Shown here one piece after another: positions 31,581-42,977 of a stretch of DNA of 64,000 nt; positions within the stretch are counted from its first letter, which is position 1; each line of letters starts with the position of its first letter. The notes beneath the pieces are model-generated. The model searched no databases. It saw only the letters and a program-made list of their open reading frames with translations, and was not told the origin of the DNA. The position numbers were made by a program, and so were the translations under genes. The stretch is from an uncultured Verrucomicrobiae bacterium (GTDB lineage Bacteria; Verrucomicrobiota; Verrucomicrobiia; Palsa-1439), in assembly GCA_963812605.1 (NCBI GenBank), contig CAWEWF010000006.1:352001-416000 (forward strand). Reading direction: 5' to 3'.

Positions 31581-31657
31581 GTCCCCCCACTCTCCGTTAG
31601 CGCAGGAAGTATAACAGAGCGGAAAACTGATTCAACAGCATTCTTGTTGCTGAAGGA

Positions 31658-32023
31658 TTGTTTCCTTCCCGATCCAGAAGTTTGGGCTTGTCGCGTCAGA
31701 ACCTCATCACTACCGTGGAATACATGGTTTCCATTAGCAAGAGACTGCTCGGACACCTGCATCCCTATTGGATTGCTCCGGCCACCCTTTATGTGCGCCA
31801 GCGTTGCGGTTGGGTTGAATTGCCACGAGCCGAGATTGCCGCCGTGAAAATTGAGAGCATCAGCAGGGTCGTAGTCCGGTTGTACAGCGGTCGCCGATAT
31901 GTCCTCAGTTTGTTCCGCTTTCCGAACTACGCTGTGGATGCCATATTCCGTGCATTGCGTGATACATTGCGCCAGAATGAACAGTCCAAGGGCTTGTGGA
32001 AGGGAGCAAGCATCTTTCGGTAG
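31658..32023 (+). CDS. Hypothetical protein
   Basis: ORF filling the gap before the GNAT gene; start uncertain. Confidence 0.4.
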   Translation: MFPSRSRSLGLSRQNLITTVEYMVSISKRLLGHLHPYWIAPATLYVRQRCGWVELPRAEIAAVKIESISRVVVRLYSGRRYVLSLFRFPNYAVDAIFRALRDTLRQNEQSKGLWKGASIFR

Positions 32024-32059
32024 TGGGGTGCCAATCAACCCCGTGCCGCTTCGCCACTC

Positions 32060-32596
32060 GTGAAAATGACGATTCGATTTTTAGATTCTGGCGATCTCAC
32101 GGCCTACAGGGCCTTGCGCCTGGCCGCCCTTCAGGAGTCCCCGACGGCATTCGGTTCCAGTTACGCTGAGGAGACGGAGCTACCTCTGACGGAATTCGCC
32201 GCCAGACTGCGGCCACCGAACAAGCCCGACAATGGCGTCCTTGGCGCGTTTGTTGATGATGGCCGGCTGGTTGGGGTATTGGGTTTCGCCAGAGAGAGCG
32301 GAGTGAAGCGGGCGCATATCGCATCGATCTGGGGCATGTATGTTTCGCCCGAGTTCCGCGGCCAGGGGTTTGGAGCGGCTCTGGTTGATGAAGCCATCGC
32401 CCACGCGCGAAGGTTGGGTACCGTTCGACAAATCACCCTCACCGTCACCGCAAACAACACGGCCGCAGTTTCACTTTATCGTTCACGCGGGTTTGAGCTT
32501 TTCGGCACGGAATGCGATGCCCTTTGCGTTGACGGCAAATACTTCGATGAGCAACACCTGGCGCTCGTCATTGAAAAGCAGAAGACGGAGAGGTGA
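32060..32596 (+). CDS. GNAT acetyltransferase
   Basis: LRLAALQESPTAFGS; GMYVSPEFRGQGFG; N.AA.SLY...GF. Confidence 0.92.
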   Translation: MKMTIRFLDSGDLTAYRALRLAALQESPTAFGSSYAEETELPLTEFAARLRPPNKPDNGVLGAFVDDGRLVGVLGFARESGVKRAHIASIWGMYVSPEFRGQGFGAALVDEAIAHARRLGTVRQITLTVTANNTAAVSLYRSRGFELFGTECDALCVDGKYFDEQHLALVIEKQKTER

Positions 32597-32739
32597 GTCT
32601 GATTCCCGACTCGCACCGACTGTTAAGAGTGAAGCGTTGAGCCATTGAATTGACCCCTTTGAACGGGCTGTCTTCCCCCGCCGGTGAGGCTTCCGTCAGC
32701 ACAAGGAAGGAACATACCGATCAGAACGCTTTCGGAGAC

Positions 32740-34513
32740 CTACTCATCAGCCTCAAGATCATTTAAGGCCGCAACAAACATTCGGAGTCGGGTATGGGCT
32801 TGAATACGGTACCGATTTTTGCCCGACGACCAGAATTGCCTAAAGGGAGCATAGAGACTGCGGCTGCTTGAAGAATGTTTGCCTATCCATGGCCTCCTCT
32901 CCGCGACCGCGCTCCCGCCGGTAAAACAGCAGCGCCGCCTTAAATGCCGCACGGATGGCTTTTTCCAGGTGTCCAAGCGCCTTCTGACCGTCGTCCCAGG
33001 CATTTTCGCAAGCATATCGGAACTTCCGTTCCGCTTGTCCCCCGATTTCATTCGACAAGTTCTCCCAGAGGAAATGCAAAACGAGCCATTTCGCGTACGC
33101 AAGCTGGCGCTTGCCACGACTTACGCCAACAACTTGCTTCATCAACCAATAGCGTCCTAGATAAAATGATATTGAACGCGAGCGGAACACCTTCTTGTAA
33201 TAGGGGTCTTCAAAGAGGATTTCTTTCCCTTTAAGAGCTACTGATGGTTCGTATTCACAAGCGGCTACAGCTTGCGCAAGCTGCTCCTTCTTAATCTGGA
33301 TGCCAAGACTACCGCCCATCATCGCTCGAATCTCAGATTTGGTTTGCCGTTTTCGAATATACTGATAGCCGCGCTTCCTGAGTTCTCGTTCGAGAAAAAC
33401 TTGGATGGCATCATTTGAGACGAGATCGGATGGTGTAATCTCGTTCTGCCAGTTCGTCGATCTAACAATCGAACTTACCAAATCGTCGTACTTGTCATCG
33501 TCATTTGGCGATCTGGTGATCTTAATTACCTTCACCAGAACAGTAGCGTGATCGGACGAGGATTTATGCAATGTTCTTGTGGTCTGTTGACCATTTATTA
33601 CTTGAGGACGTTCCACCGTGAGAACGTCCTCGCGGCCTTGCGTCTCCCGTTTCGCGCCTTCACACACGATGGTCACTCCATTATTGAAGTACCAGAAATT
33701 CTCCGGGTGCTTCTGAACCGTCGCAGTCATTGCATCGTTGATTTCATTGGTGCGTCCCAGATAGCCTCTGATATTGCGCGCGAATAGCCTTACTCCGGCT
33801 CTCGTGAACATATCGCCCACGTCGGGCGAGGACATAGAGAACACCCAAGAGTCGATCCCCATCACTGGGTCATAACGATGAATCAATCGATCCGTGCCGG
33901 AAGAATCCCCAGGATCGATAGGGAGAATCAGTTCGGGAACGGCGGGGGCATTGCCCAAAAGGTAGTTCCGGTAAATGGTCATCACTTGATGCCCATCAAA
34001 AACGGCAATCTTGGCAGGGCCTTCCGCTTGATTGACGACCTCGATTGCCTCCCTGAGCTTCGTGTCGCTACACCTTCCCGTGGTAACAAAATACAACCGG
34101 AGTGCATAGCTGTTGTCTCTAGCGTGATGGACCAACATCTCGAACTTCTCACGAACTGAATCTCCAAGCTTGTTGTAGTATGCATCCAGAAACGCTTTAG
34201 GACGCCATGGGTAATTGGCGAGGTCGGCGAAAGCTAGTACGTCATTTCGTAATTCAGGATGTTCAGCGAGAGAATGACGGAATTTACCTTGGATGAGATG
34301 CACCTGTTTGGCTCGCTCATCAATTAGAATTGCGTCAGCGTTCTTGTCGCCCGTCTCACCCGTGAGAGCTTTTGCTGTCGCTTCTTCGGAGTCATCGAGG
34401 TACGCGTGCATGAACCAGAGCACAAATGCTGAATCATCTTTCAGGACAGGATTGGCCTTGCGGTATTGTTTGACCTCATCTTTAAGGTCGATGAATGAGA
34501 CTTTCAGCTTCAT
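32740..34513 (-). CDS. AIPR-family (abortive infection phage resistance) protein (frameshift near 32860)
   Basis: D.NADAI..D...IQGKF; LFARNIRGYLG; FWYFNNGVTIVC; PQVINGQQT; TNWQN.I...DL.SND; visibly lower GC. Confidence 0.9.
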
Positions 34514-34714
34514 TGAGATTCCTTGCGCTTATGACTGTTCACTTCACCACTCGATTCCTTCTCACCTTGTGGATCAAGCTGGCGAAGTGTAGCGGCCGTG
34601 AGATGCTTCGGCAAGCTCCACGATTGACTTGAACGGCGGAAAGCCCCGAAATACTTTGCGGTAAACAGGCAGCTCGCCCTACCATCGGATTGGAGACGGA
34701 GGGAATGCGGAGCC

Positions 34715-34818
34715 GAACGCAGGCTGAAGCCTGCGACTACGCGACAATACCGGACGGCAGCATCATTCACTTTGGTCTGGACATCGAATTTCGATAATTG
34801 TATAATGCGGGCATGTTC
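34715..34818 (+). promoter_or_regulatory. REP plus sigma70 promoter module, copy 1
   Basis: TGGACA(34778)-N17-TATAAT(34801)-N6-ATG; 35/39 identity to the reverse complement of 42978-43016. Confidence 0.7.
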
Positions 34819-34920
34819 GCTGATCGTGAGAATACGAGAGTGAGTTGCAACGAACCCCACCCTTCTGCTTTGATCCATCCATGAAAGACAAAACGACGGC
34901 AGGCGGAGCGTTGCGACCAC

Positions 34921-35165
34921 GGCACGACGAGGTCGCGTTTCGTCCGACTCAGCTTGCCCTACAAGCCAGACCAGCGCGACGGCACGCGAGCCGCGTGCCC
35001 CGATCTCGAAATCGGGGCAGGCCCTACAAGGCGGATCGGCGAATGGCAAAGCTGCGACAAGTCGCAGCACTCCAAAGAACAGACGGCGGACAATGGAACC
35101 GCGCTCACCGCGCGGCTACAGGGGAGAAGAGGGTCAAAAAACATGCGTTTCTGCGAAACGAACCG
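34921..35165 (-). repeat. Mixed REP-like array
   Basis: tgccccgatctcgaaatcggggcaggccctac, gctgcgacaagtcgcagcactcc, ccgcgctcaccgcgcggctac, gcgtttctgcgaaacgaacc. Confidence 0.7.
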
Positions 35166-35274
35166 GATTCAATTGAGCGTGAAAACAGGCGATAACCGAC
35201 TGTGGTGGAATTGGATGCGAAGCCGGAGAGTGAGAATTCCAATCCGGTTCGTTTGGGACGAGCAGACCAGTAGT

Positions 35275-36595
35275 TCAGCCCGACTTTTTGAGCGCTTTCT
35301 CGATCAGTTCGACGCAGCGGGTAGTGGCTCCGACGTTGGATTGGATGACGCGGTGGGCGGCGGCGACGATGGCCTGGCGGCGGTCGGGGTTTTCCAGAAG
35401 TTCCTGCAGGGCGTGACGCAGGGCGTCGGCATCGGGCACTTGAACACACGCGCCTTCGGTGACGAACTGGCGGGCGATGGCGCGGAAATTCTGCATGTTG
35501 GGCCCGAAAATGACGGGATGACCACTGGCGGCGGCTTCGACGATGTTCTGGCCGCCCTGCCCCACCAGGCTTTTGCCGACGAAGATGACGGTCGCGACCT
35601 TGTAAAACCATTTCAGTTCGCCCGTGGTATTGACGATGAGACAATCGTACGGCTTGGCGGTCTGTTCGAGGTGCGAGTTGATCTCAGAGCGGAGCACAAA
35701 CTTGATCTGCCGGCGCCGGGCCAGATCCACGACCTCGCGCGTCCGCTCGACGTGCCGCGGGACGACGATGAGAAACAGGCGCGGAAATTTCCGGCGCAGA
35801 TCGGTGAAGACATCGAAGAGGATTTGTTCCTCCCCCGGATGGGTGCTGCCCGGCAACCAGGATCGGTTGCGCGGGCGAGATGCTGATCTGCTTGAGCAAC
35901 TGGACGGGATCGACTTTCTGCACGTCGGCGTAGGGCATGGAGACGTCATACTTCAGGTTGCCCGTCATGTGGACGCGGTCGCGCGGCACGCCGATGGCCG
36001 CAAAGTTGGCGGCGTCCTCCGGGCTCTGCGCGCAGACGAGCGAGAGCTTGTTGAAAACCTGACGGGAGAGCCAGCCCAGCCGTTCGTAACCCCGCACCGA
36101 ACGGGGAGACATGCGACCGTTCACGAGAAACAAGGGCACGCTACGGCGCACGGCCATCCAGATGTGGTTCGGCCACAATTCGGACTCCATGAGGACAATG
36201 AAGTCGGGCTGGATCAAATCGTAGGCGCGGCGGACGGACCCGGGGAAATCCTGCGGGAAGTAGAGCAACTCGACTTCCTGCGGCAGGCGTTCGTAGGCGA
36301 GCGCGTACCCCGTCGAGGTGGTGGTGGTCACGACGATGAGCAGGTCGGGAAACTTGCGCTGCAACACGCCGATGAACAGGAGCGCAACATTGACCTCGCC
36401 AACGCTTACCGCCTGGATCCAGCAGCGCGGCTCCTTCTTGGGGACAAGCCGCTCCCGCAAATCCTGGGAGTAACAACCAAAGCGTTGCCAGAAGTTCTCC
36501 CGATACTTGCCGCGTTTCCACATCTTGTAGAGGAAGAGCGGGCTCAAGAGCGCGAAGCCCAACGAGTACATTATTGTGTACAGAAGCCGGATCAC
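35275..36595 (-). CDS. waaA: Kdo transferase (frameshift near 35845)
   Basis: WIQAVSVGE, ESELWPN, VNGRMS.RS, TGNLKYD, GSTHPGEE, VPRHVER, GGQN..E, FGPNMQNF. Confidence 0.95.
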
Positions 36596-36757
36596 GGGGC
36601 GACAATAGCGAAATCGTCGCACGGTTGCAAACGCGATATTCCCGCCAAACTCAGCTTCAATCCCCGCCGGCTCGCCCCGCGGACAAAATGGCGCTGTTTT
36701 AGGCGCTTTGGAGGGGGACAAACCGCCGAACTGGCCGAAATCAACACGTTTTCGGTG

Positions 36758-36772
36758 TGGCACACGAGTTGC
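36758..36772 (+). promoter_or_regulatory. Sigma54 -24/-12 promoter with upstream IHF-like site
   Basis: TGGCAC-ACGAG-TTGC exact consensus; aatcaacacgttt at 36739-36751. Confidence 0.7.
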
Positions 36773-36787
36773 GGAATAAACAGGGTG

Positions 36788-39700
36788 ATGAATAGTGCTC
36801 GCACCCATACGCTCGAGCTGATGGGTGATGGTGTTCGCCAGACCGAGGCGCATTTTCGATCCCTGATCGAAAACGCCTCTGACATCATCACCATCCTGGA
36901 GGCGGACGGCAGTATCCGTTACGAGAGCCCGTCCCTCGAGCGCATCCTCGGCTACAAGCCCGAGGAATTGGTCGGGCGCAATGCTTTTGAGCTTATCCAT
37001 CCTGACGACGTGGCCCGAATCCAGAAAATATTTACGGAAGGGCTGACGCGACCCGGACGTATCGAATCCGGGGAATATCGATTCCGGCATAAAGACGGTT
37101 CCTGGCGAGTTCTGGAAGGGATCGGCAAGAATCTCCTTGAGGACCCCGCGATTCGCGGCGTCATCGTCAACTCCCGCGATATCACGGAGCGCAAACGGAT
37201 GGATGAAGCGTTGCGCAAGATCCAGCAACAGCAACGCGCGCTCCTCGACAACATTCCCGACATGGCCTGGGTCAAGGACAAGCAAAGCCGCTTCATCGCT
37301 GCCAATGAAGCGTTCGCCAGGGTCTTTGGCCACACCCCCGAGGAAATGGTCGGCAAAACCGATTTCGATTTCGTACCCCGCGAACTGGCGGAACGTTATC
37401 TCGCTGACGACAAACAAGTCATGGAGTTGCGTCAGCGGCGACGCATCGAAGAGCCTTTTGTGGATGCCGCGGGGAACCGCACCTGGATCGAAACCATCAA
37501 GTCCGCGTTCCTGAACGACCAGGGAGAGGTTGCCGGGACAACCGGCGTCGCCCGCGACATCACCGAACGCAAGAAAATGGACCTCGCGCTGCGCACCAGT
37601 GAAGAGCAATACCGGACACTGTTCGAGGCGATGCGGGAGGGATTCGCCCTGTGCGAGATCATCTGGGATGAAAACGGCAAACCTTGCGATTACCGTTACC
37701 TGGAGGTCAATCCGGCATTCGAAAAGATCCTGGGCGTCACGCGCAGCCAGGCAATCGGCCGGACCGAACGTGAAGTCTTCCCGCAAGTGGAGGATTATTG
37801 GATCGATACCTACGGCAAGGTCGCCCTCACCAGCCAGCCCGCCCGGTTCGAGAATTATTCGCGGTCCGTGGACAAACACTTCCAGGTGGCGGCCTTCAGT
37901 CCGAAGCGCGGCCAGTTTGCGACGATCTTCTCGGACGTGACCGAACGCAAGCGGACGGAAGAGCGCCTTCGCCTCCAAAGCACGGCCCTGGAAGCCGCCG
38001 CCAACGGCATCGTGCTCACCGACAGCAAGGGGACAATCCTCTGGGTCAATCCGGCCTTTACGAAGTTGACCGGTTATAGCGCCGCCGAAGCCATCGGGCA
38101 AAACACGCGGCTCCTCAAATCGGGCAAGCACGACGAGACCTTTTATCGCAACCTCTGGCAGACGGTGAATTCCGGCAACGTCTGGCAGGGCGACATGATC
38201 AATCGCCGCAAAGACGGCAGTCTCTACGACGAAGAGATGACGATCACGCCGGTGTGCGACGAGCGCGGTGAGGTCACCTACTTCATCGCGATGAAGCAGG
38301 ACATCACGGACCGCAAAAAGGCGGAAACGTCGCTGCGCGAGAGTGAAGAATTATTCCGCTCGCTGAGCGTTTCCTCACCGCTGGGCATCTTTCTCACCGA
38401 CGTCCATGGCCGGTTGACCTACGCCAATCCCCGCTGCCGTGAACTCTGCGGTTTCACGCTGATGGAGAGCCAGAACGACGGGTGGACGCAATTCATCCAT
38501 GTCGACGATCGCGAATGGGTCACCCGGAAATGGCAGGCGTTTATTGCCGAAGGGATCGATTATTCCTGTGAGTATCGTGTCAGCCATCGGAACGGCAACG
38601 TCGTGTGCGTGCATGTGCGTGCCGCCCGAATGCAGTCGGAGCACGGTGAATCGACGGGCTTCGTCGGCACGATCGAGGACGTTACGGTCCGCAAACAGTC
38701 GGAAGACGAGCTCCGGGAAAGCAAACAGCAATTGGAGCACGCGCTCGAAGAGTTGCAGGCGGCGCAGGAGCAGGTCATCCAGCAAGAGCGTCTGCGGGCG
38801 CTGGGCGCCATGGCCAGCGGCATTGCCCACGATTTCAACAACGCGCTGGCCGCCATTCTCGGCTTCACCGAACTCCTGATTTATCGCCCCGAAAACATTG
38901 CCAATACGGAAAAGACCCTGCGGTACCTGCAGATGATGAATACCGCGGCGAAGGACGCGGGCAACGTCGTCAACCGTCTTCGCGAGTTCTACCGCCAGCG
39001 CGAAGAAGGCGAAGTCTTCGTCCCGGTGGATCTCAACCATCTCATGGAAGAAGCCGTCTCGCTCACGCAACCGAAATGGAAGAACCAGTCCGAGGCCAAA
39101 GGCATTGCCATCCAGATGGCGACCGAATTGGGCAAGGTCCCGCCGGTGATTGGCAACGCCGCGGACCTTCGCGAAGTCCTCACCAACCTCATTTTCAATG
39201 CCGTTGACGCCATGCCACAGGGCGGGACGATCACGCTACGGACCCGGTCCGACAACGCGCGCATCATCCTCGAGGTCGCCGACACCGGGACAGGCATGAC
39301 CGAGGAGGTGCGCAGCCGTTGTCTCGAACCGTTCTTTACCACCAAGGGTGAACGCGGCACGGGCCTTGGGTTGTCCATGGTTTACGGCATTCTCCAGCGT
39401 CACCAGGGAGTTATCGATATCCAATCGAAGCCCGGGCAAGGTACCAAATTCATTCTTTCCCTGCCTGTGGGCGTCGAATCACAAGCGCCCGCGAAAACTG
39501 ACTCCGACCCCTGCGTACTCCGTCCGTTGCGCGTGCTATTGGTCGATGATGAAGAGCTGGTGCGGCGGATTCTCAATGAGTTCTTGCTGGGCGACGAGCA
39601 CATCGTGGAGACCGCTGCCAACGGACGCGAAGCGCTCGACAAATTCCAGCGCGGCGAGTTCGATGTCGTGATTCTTGACCGCGCGATGCCGGATATGAGC

Positions 39701-39916
39701 GGCGATCAAGTCGCCCAATCCATCAAGAAGCTCCGGCCGGCAACGCCGATCATCCTCCTCACCGGCTTCGGTTCCATGATGCAGGCCGCCGGCGAACAAC
39801 CTTCCGGCGTGGACCTCGTTGTCGGCAAGCCGGTCACCATCCTCGGCTTGCGCGAGGCTGTGGCGAAGGTGGTGGCGAAGTATTCTCCCACCAAGACTGT
39901 CGCGCTCAAGGCGTGA
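36788..39916 (+). CDS. Cytoplasmic hybrid histidine kinase, 5 PAS + HisKA/HATPase + receiver
   Basis: Five PAS/PAC units ending D(I/V)TxRK; GIAHDFNN; EPFFTTK..GTGLGL; VLLVDD..D.AMP. Confidence 0.95.
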   Translation: MNSARTHTLELMGDGVRQTEAHFRSLIENASDIITILEADGSIRYESPSLERILGYKPEELVGRNAFELIHPDDVARIQKIFTEGLTRPGRIESGEYRFRHKDGSWRVLEGIGKNLLEDPAIRGVIVNSRDITERKRMDEALRKIQQQQRALLDNIPDMAWVKDKQSRFIAANEAFARVFGHTPEEMVGKTDFDFVPRELAERYLADDKQVMELRQRRRIEEPFVDAAGNRTWIETIKSAFLNDQGEVAGTTGVARDITERKKMDLALRTSEEQYRTLFEAMREGFALCEIIWDENGKPCDYRYLEVNPAFEKILGVTRSQAIGRTEREVFPQVEDYWIDTYGKVALTSQPARFENYSRSVDKHFQVAAFSPKRGQFATIFSDVTERKRTEERLRLQSTALEAAANGIVLTDSKGTILWVNPAFTKLTGYSAAEAIGQNTRLLKSGKHDETFYRNLWQTVNSGNVWQGDMINRRKDGSLYDEEMTITPVCDERGEVTYFIAMKQDITDRKKAETSLRESEELFRSLSVSSPLGIFLTDVHGRLTYANPRCRELCGFTLMESQNDGWTQFIHVDDREWVTRKWQAFIAEGIDYSCEYRVSHRNGNVVCVHVRAARMQSEHGESTGFVGTIEDVTVRKQSEDELRESKQQLEHALEELQAAQEQVIQQERLRALGAMASGIAHDFNNALAAILGFTELLIYRPENIANTEKTLRYLQMMNTAAKDAGNVVNRLREFYRQREEGEVFVPVDLNHLMEEAVSLTQPKWKNQSEAKGIAIQMATELGKVPPVIGNAADLREVLTNLIFNAVDAMPQGGTITLRTRSDNARIILEVADTGTGMTEEVRSRCLEPFFTTKGERGTGLGLSMVYGILQRHQGVIDIQSKPGQGTKFILSLPVGVESQAPAKTDSDPCVLRPLRVLLVDDEELVRRILNEFLLGDEHIVETAANGREALDKFQRGEFDVVILDRAMPDMSGDQVAQSIKKLRPATPIILLTGFGSMMQAAGEQPSGVDLVVGKPVTILGLREAVAKVVAKYSPTKTVALKA

Positions 39917-39949
39917 AGGTTTCAGTCCTTCTTTCCCGCCAAACTGTTT

Positions 39950-40402
39950 TCATGTCCCGGAAGCGCGCTCGCGCAGGTCCCGAACGGCGAGGATGTACTG
40001 ATTCAGGCGCTCTACATGGTCGGTGACGTGAATCGTCTTGAACATCGCTCGAACGCGAATCAACAGTTCCTCCATCGCGAACGGTTTACCCAAAAAATCA
40101 TCAGCTCCCGCTTCCATGCATTCTTCGAGGCGTCCCGTTGCGGTCAGGGAGGTAATAACGATGACCGGGATCCTGCGCGTTTCTTTGCCAGCCCGAATCG
40201 CCTTGCAGAATGTCAGCCCATTCAGTTTGGGCATGTTAATATCCAGCAGGATTAAATCCGGCATTAATGACAGCGTCTTCTGGACCGCATCCTTGCCGTC
40301 GACCGCTGTATAGACCAGCGTATTCTCAAGCACGAGAATGCTCTCCAATACCTCCCGCATCCCCGGATCGTCGTCGACCACCAGGACTTTTCGTTCGTTC
40401 AA
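39950..40402 (-). CDS. Response regulator (receiver plus short tail)
   Basis: VLVVDDD, PDLILLDINMP, GADDFLGKP. Confidence 0.92.
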   Translation of the reverse strand: MNERKVLVVDDDPGMREVLESILVLENTLVYTAVDGKDAVQKTLSLMPDLILLDINMPKLNGLTFCKAIRAGKETRRIPVIVITSLTATGRLEECMEAGADDFLGKPFAMEELLIRVRAMFKTIHVTDHVERLNQYILAVRDLRERASGT

Positions 40403-40620
40403 GCGAATCCCCGCGCTGTTCGGCGCTTATATCGCGTTCCAGTCCCTGACACAAGGTTTTCGATAACCCGGCTGGACATTTTGGGCGCTTTTTGCTTTAA
40501 TTGGGCCGCTTTGGAGAAGCGAGAGTAAGCGTCGCGTTTGCGTTTCCATCCGCGTATCCCTCCAGAATCGCAGGACATGCTGACGCATAACGCACGCAAC
40601 TTGATCATAGGAGCAATCGT

Positions 40621-42909
40621 ATGAAGAAGTGTCGTATTCTGGTTTTAATCGCACTGCTGACATTGTGCGCTTCCCTGTCGCGGGCGAACGTGAATTGCAA
40701 TGGAAACGGTAACACCAGCTTTGGCGGCGCCGTGGGTACAGGCGTGCTGAGCTTGTCGGATGACGGAACGAACGTATACGGGACATTCACGCTGGGTTCC
40801 GGCACGTTTAACGATTGCCTCGTGATTTATATCCAGGCGGGCGCAAGTTCGGGGATTTCCAGTACGGCGGGTTTCAACGACACGGGCGACGGCTCGCGCA
40901 AGGCGATTTCCGGCTTCAATGGCACGACCAACAGCGTATTGACGTTCGCTCCGGGTTTCTCGCCGAACTACGCCATCGCGCTCGGGCCGACGGACAACAA
41001 CTTTGGCGGCCTGTGGTTTTTGGTCAACGGAGGAACTTTTCCGTTCGTGGATACCGTGAACCTGTCGCCGCTGAACAACTCCGGCCCCGTCTATGCCTTT
41101 TCCTTTCCCGCCTCGGATATCGGGCTGACGCCCGGCGTGAGCGGCAGCTTCAAATTGTTCGGGACGTACATTTCCAACACCGGTTACCGCTCGGGCGAAG
41201 CCGTTGCCGGCAACCTGACCGGCACGCCGGGCTGGCAACCGTTCACGCAAACCTCGTTCACCAACTATAATTTCGCCTCCGGCGTGCGTGTCACCTACCC
41301 GGTGACATTTCAAGTGGATATGTCGGTCCAAATCACCAATGGCACTTTCAACCCCTTTGAGGGCGACGTGGTCGAGGCCCGCGGCACGTTCCAGTCTCCC
41401 ATTCAGTGGACCGGTGGATTTATACTGACCAACAATCCAAGTTCCATCCATCCCAATATCTACTCGGGAACCTATCAGGATGGCAGCCCCACCGGAACGC
41501 CCGAGCAGGTTAAGTTTGCCATTGCGCCCTTTGGAGATGACACGAGTGCCGTCTTCGAGTCCAGCGACAACCGCCCGTTTACGCTGCAAGCAGGAAATCA
41601 AACATTGCCGCTCGTCTACTACAGCGACCTCACGCCCAGCTCGGCGGTTCCCACCAGCCCCATCACTTTCCGGGTGGATATGTCCGCGCAAATTCGTGCC
41701 GGCCTTTTCAATCCGCAGAACGGCGACACCGTCGAGGTCCAGGGTACTTTCCAGACCCCGACGCAGTGGGTCGATTTCTATACGTTGACCAATAATCCCA
41801 GTTCGGTCAATCCGAACCTTTACAGCGGTACGTTCAGCGATGCGAATTACCCGGGGACCTGGGAACAATACAAGTTTGTCATTCTTAATGGCGGGCCCAC
41901 CGTTTACGAAACCATCAACAACCGTGATTTCACGACGCCGGCGAGCGCCCAGGTATTCCCATCGGTCTATTTCAATAACGGCAGTAATACCGTGGTCTTT
42001 CAGGTGGATATGTCCGTCGAGATTCAGGATGGCAACTTCAACTCGTTGTCTCCCCAGTTCGATTATGTGGAAGCCCGGGGCACATTCAACGGCTGGAGCG
42101 CGGGATTCCTGCTGACCAATAATCCGAGCTCGGCCAGTTCCAACATTTACAGCGGCATCGCCGTCGTTGGTGATCCGATTGGAGCGGTGGAGCAGTATAA
42201 ATTCGTGGTCGACGGCGGCACAGGTTTGGGCTGGGAACAACCCGTCAGCACCGCCGGCGGGAATCGCTTGTTCACGTTGACGAGCACCAACCAAACCCTC
42301 CCCGCCGTTCTCTTCAGCGACCTCGCCGCCAGCGACCTTCTCTCCACTGATACCTGGGTGACCTTCAGCGTCAATATGACGAATGCGGTGGGCACGGATG
42401 CCACGGTATTTAATCCGGCAACGCACAGCGTTTACATCAACGGGGATTTCCTGGGCTGGTGGACATGGGGGACGCAGCCAGTCGCAATACCAATATGACC
42501 AATAGTCCGCCCGGCAGCTCGATTTATGTAGTCAGCGCTGTTGGTTCCCAAGGGAAATCTCCTGAAGCTGACTTACAAGTATGGCATTGACGGCTTCGAT
42601 GATGAAGCCGGATTTGGACAGGATCACGTCCGTTACGTCCGGAAGGTTGGCAACTATGCCATGCCTCTCGATGTGTTTGGTTCGCAGCTCGTGGAGTTGC
42701 CGTTCGGGAACATGAACATCCATCAGATACCGGGCGGTTTGGTCTCGCTCACCTGGCTGACCTTGCCGGCCGTACACCTGCAAACGACCACCAATCTCGT
42801 CGGCAACCTCTGGCAGGATCACCTCGAAACCACAGGCCTGAGTTCGACCAACTGGCCCATCGGCAATAGCAAAAATCTGTTCTTCCGACTCATAAAGCCC
42901 GGAAATTAG
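40621..42909 (+). CDS. Secreted protein with four tandem CBM20/Ig-like repeats (frameshift near 42485)
   Basis: Repeats VTFQVDMS..VEARGTF..W..LTNNPS..YSG..QYKF. Confidence 0.75.
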
Positions 42910-42977
42910 AATTGACGAACATCTGTGGTAGGAAGGTCACCCAACGGTTTGGCGTTCCAGATGGCGAACATGCCCGA

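Noticed and set aside
34510-35070. 186-aa minus-strand ORF upstream of AIPR
   Set aside because: Runs through REP hairpins and the promoter module; no protein-like signal
11467-35165. REP arrays or the 1.5-3.9 kb repeats as CRISPR arrays
   Set aside because: No constant repeat with regular unique spacers and no cas genes
35624-36787. 390-aa N-terminal extension of the hybrid kinase in the ORF track
   Set aside because: It is the antisense shadow of waaA; a sigma54 promoter at 36758 supports the later start
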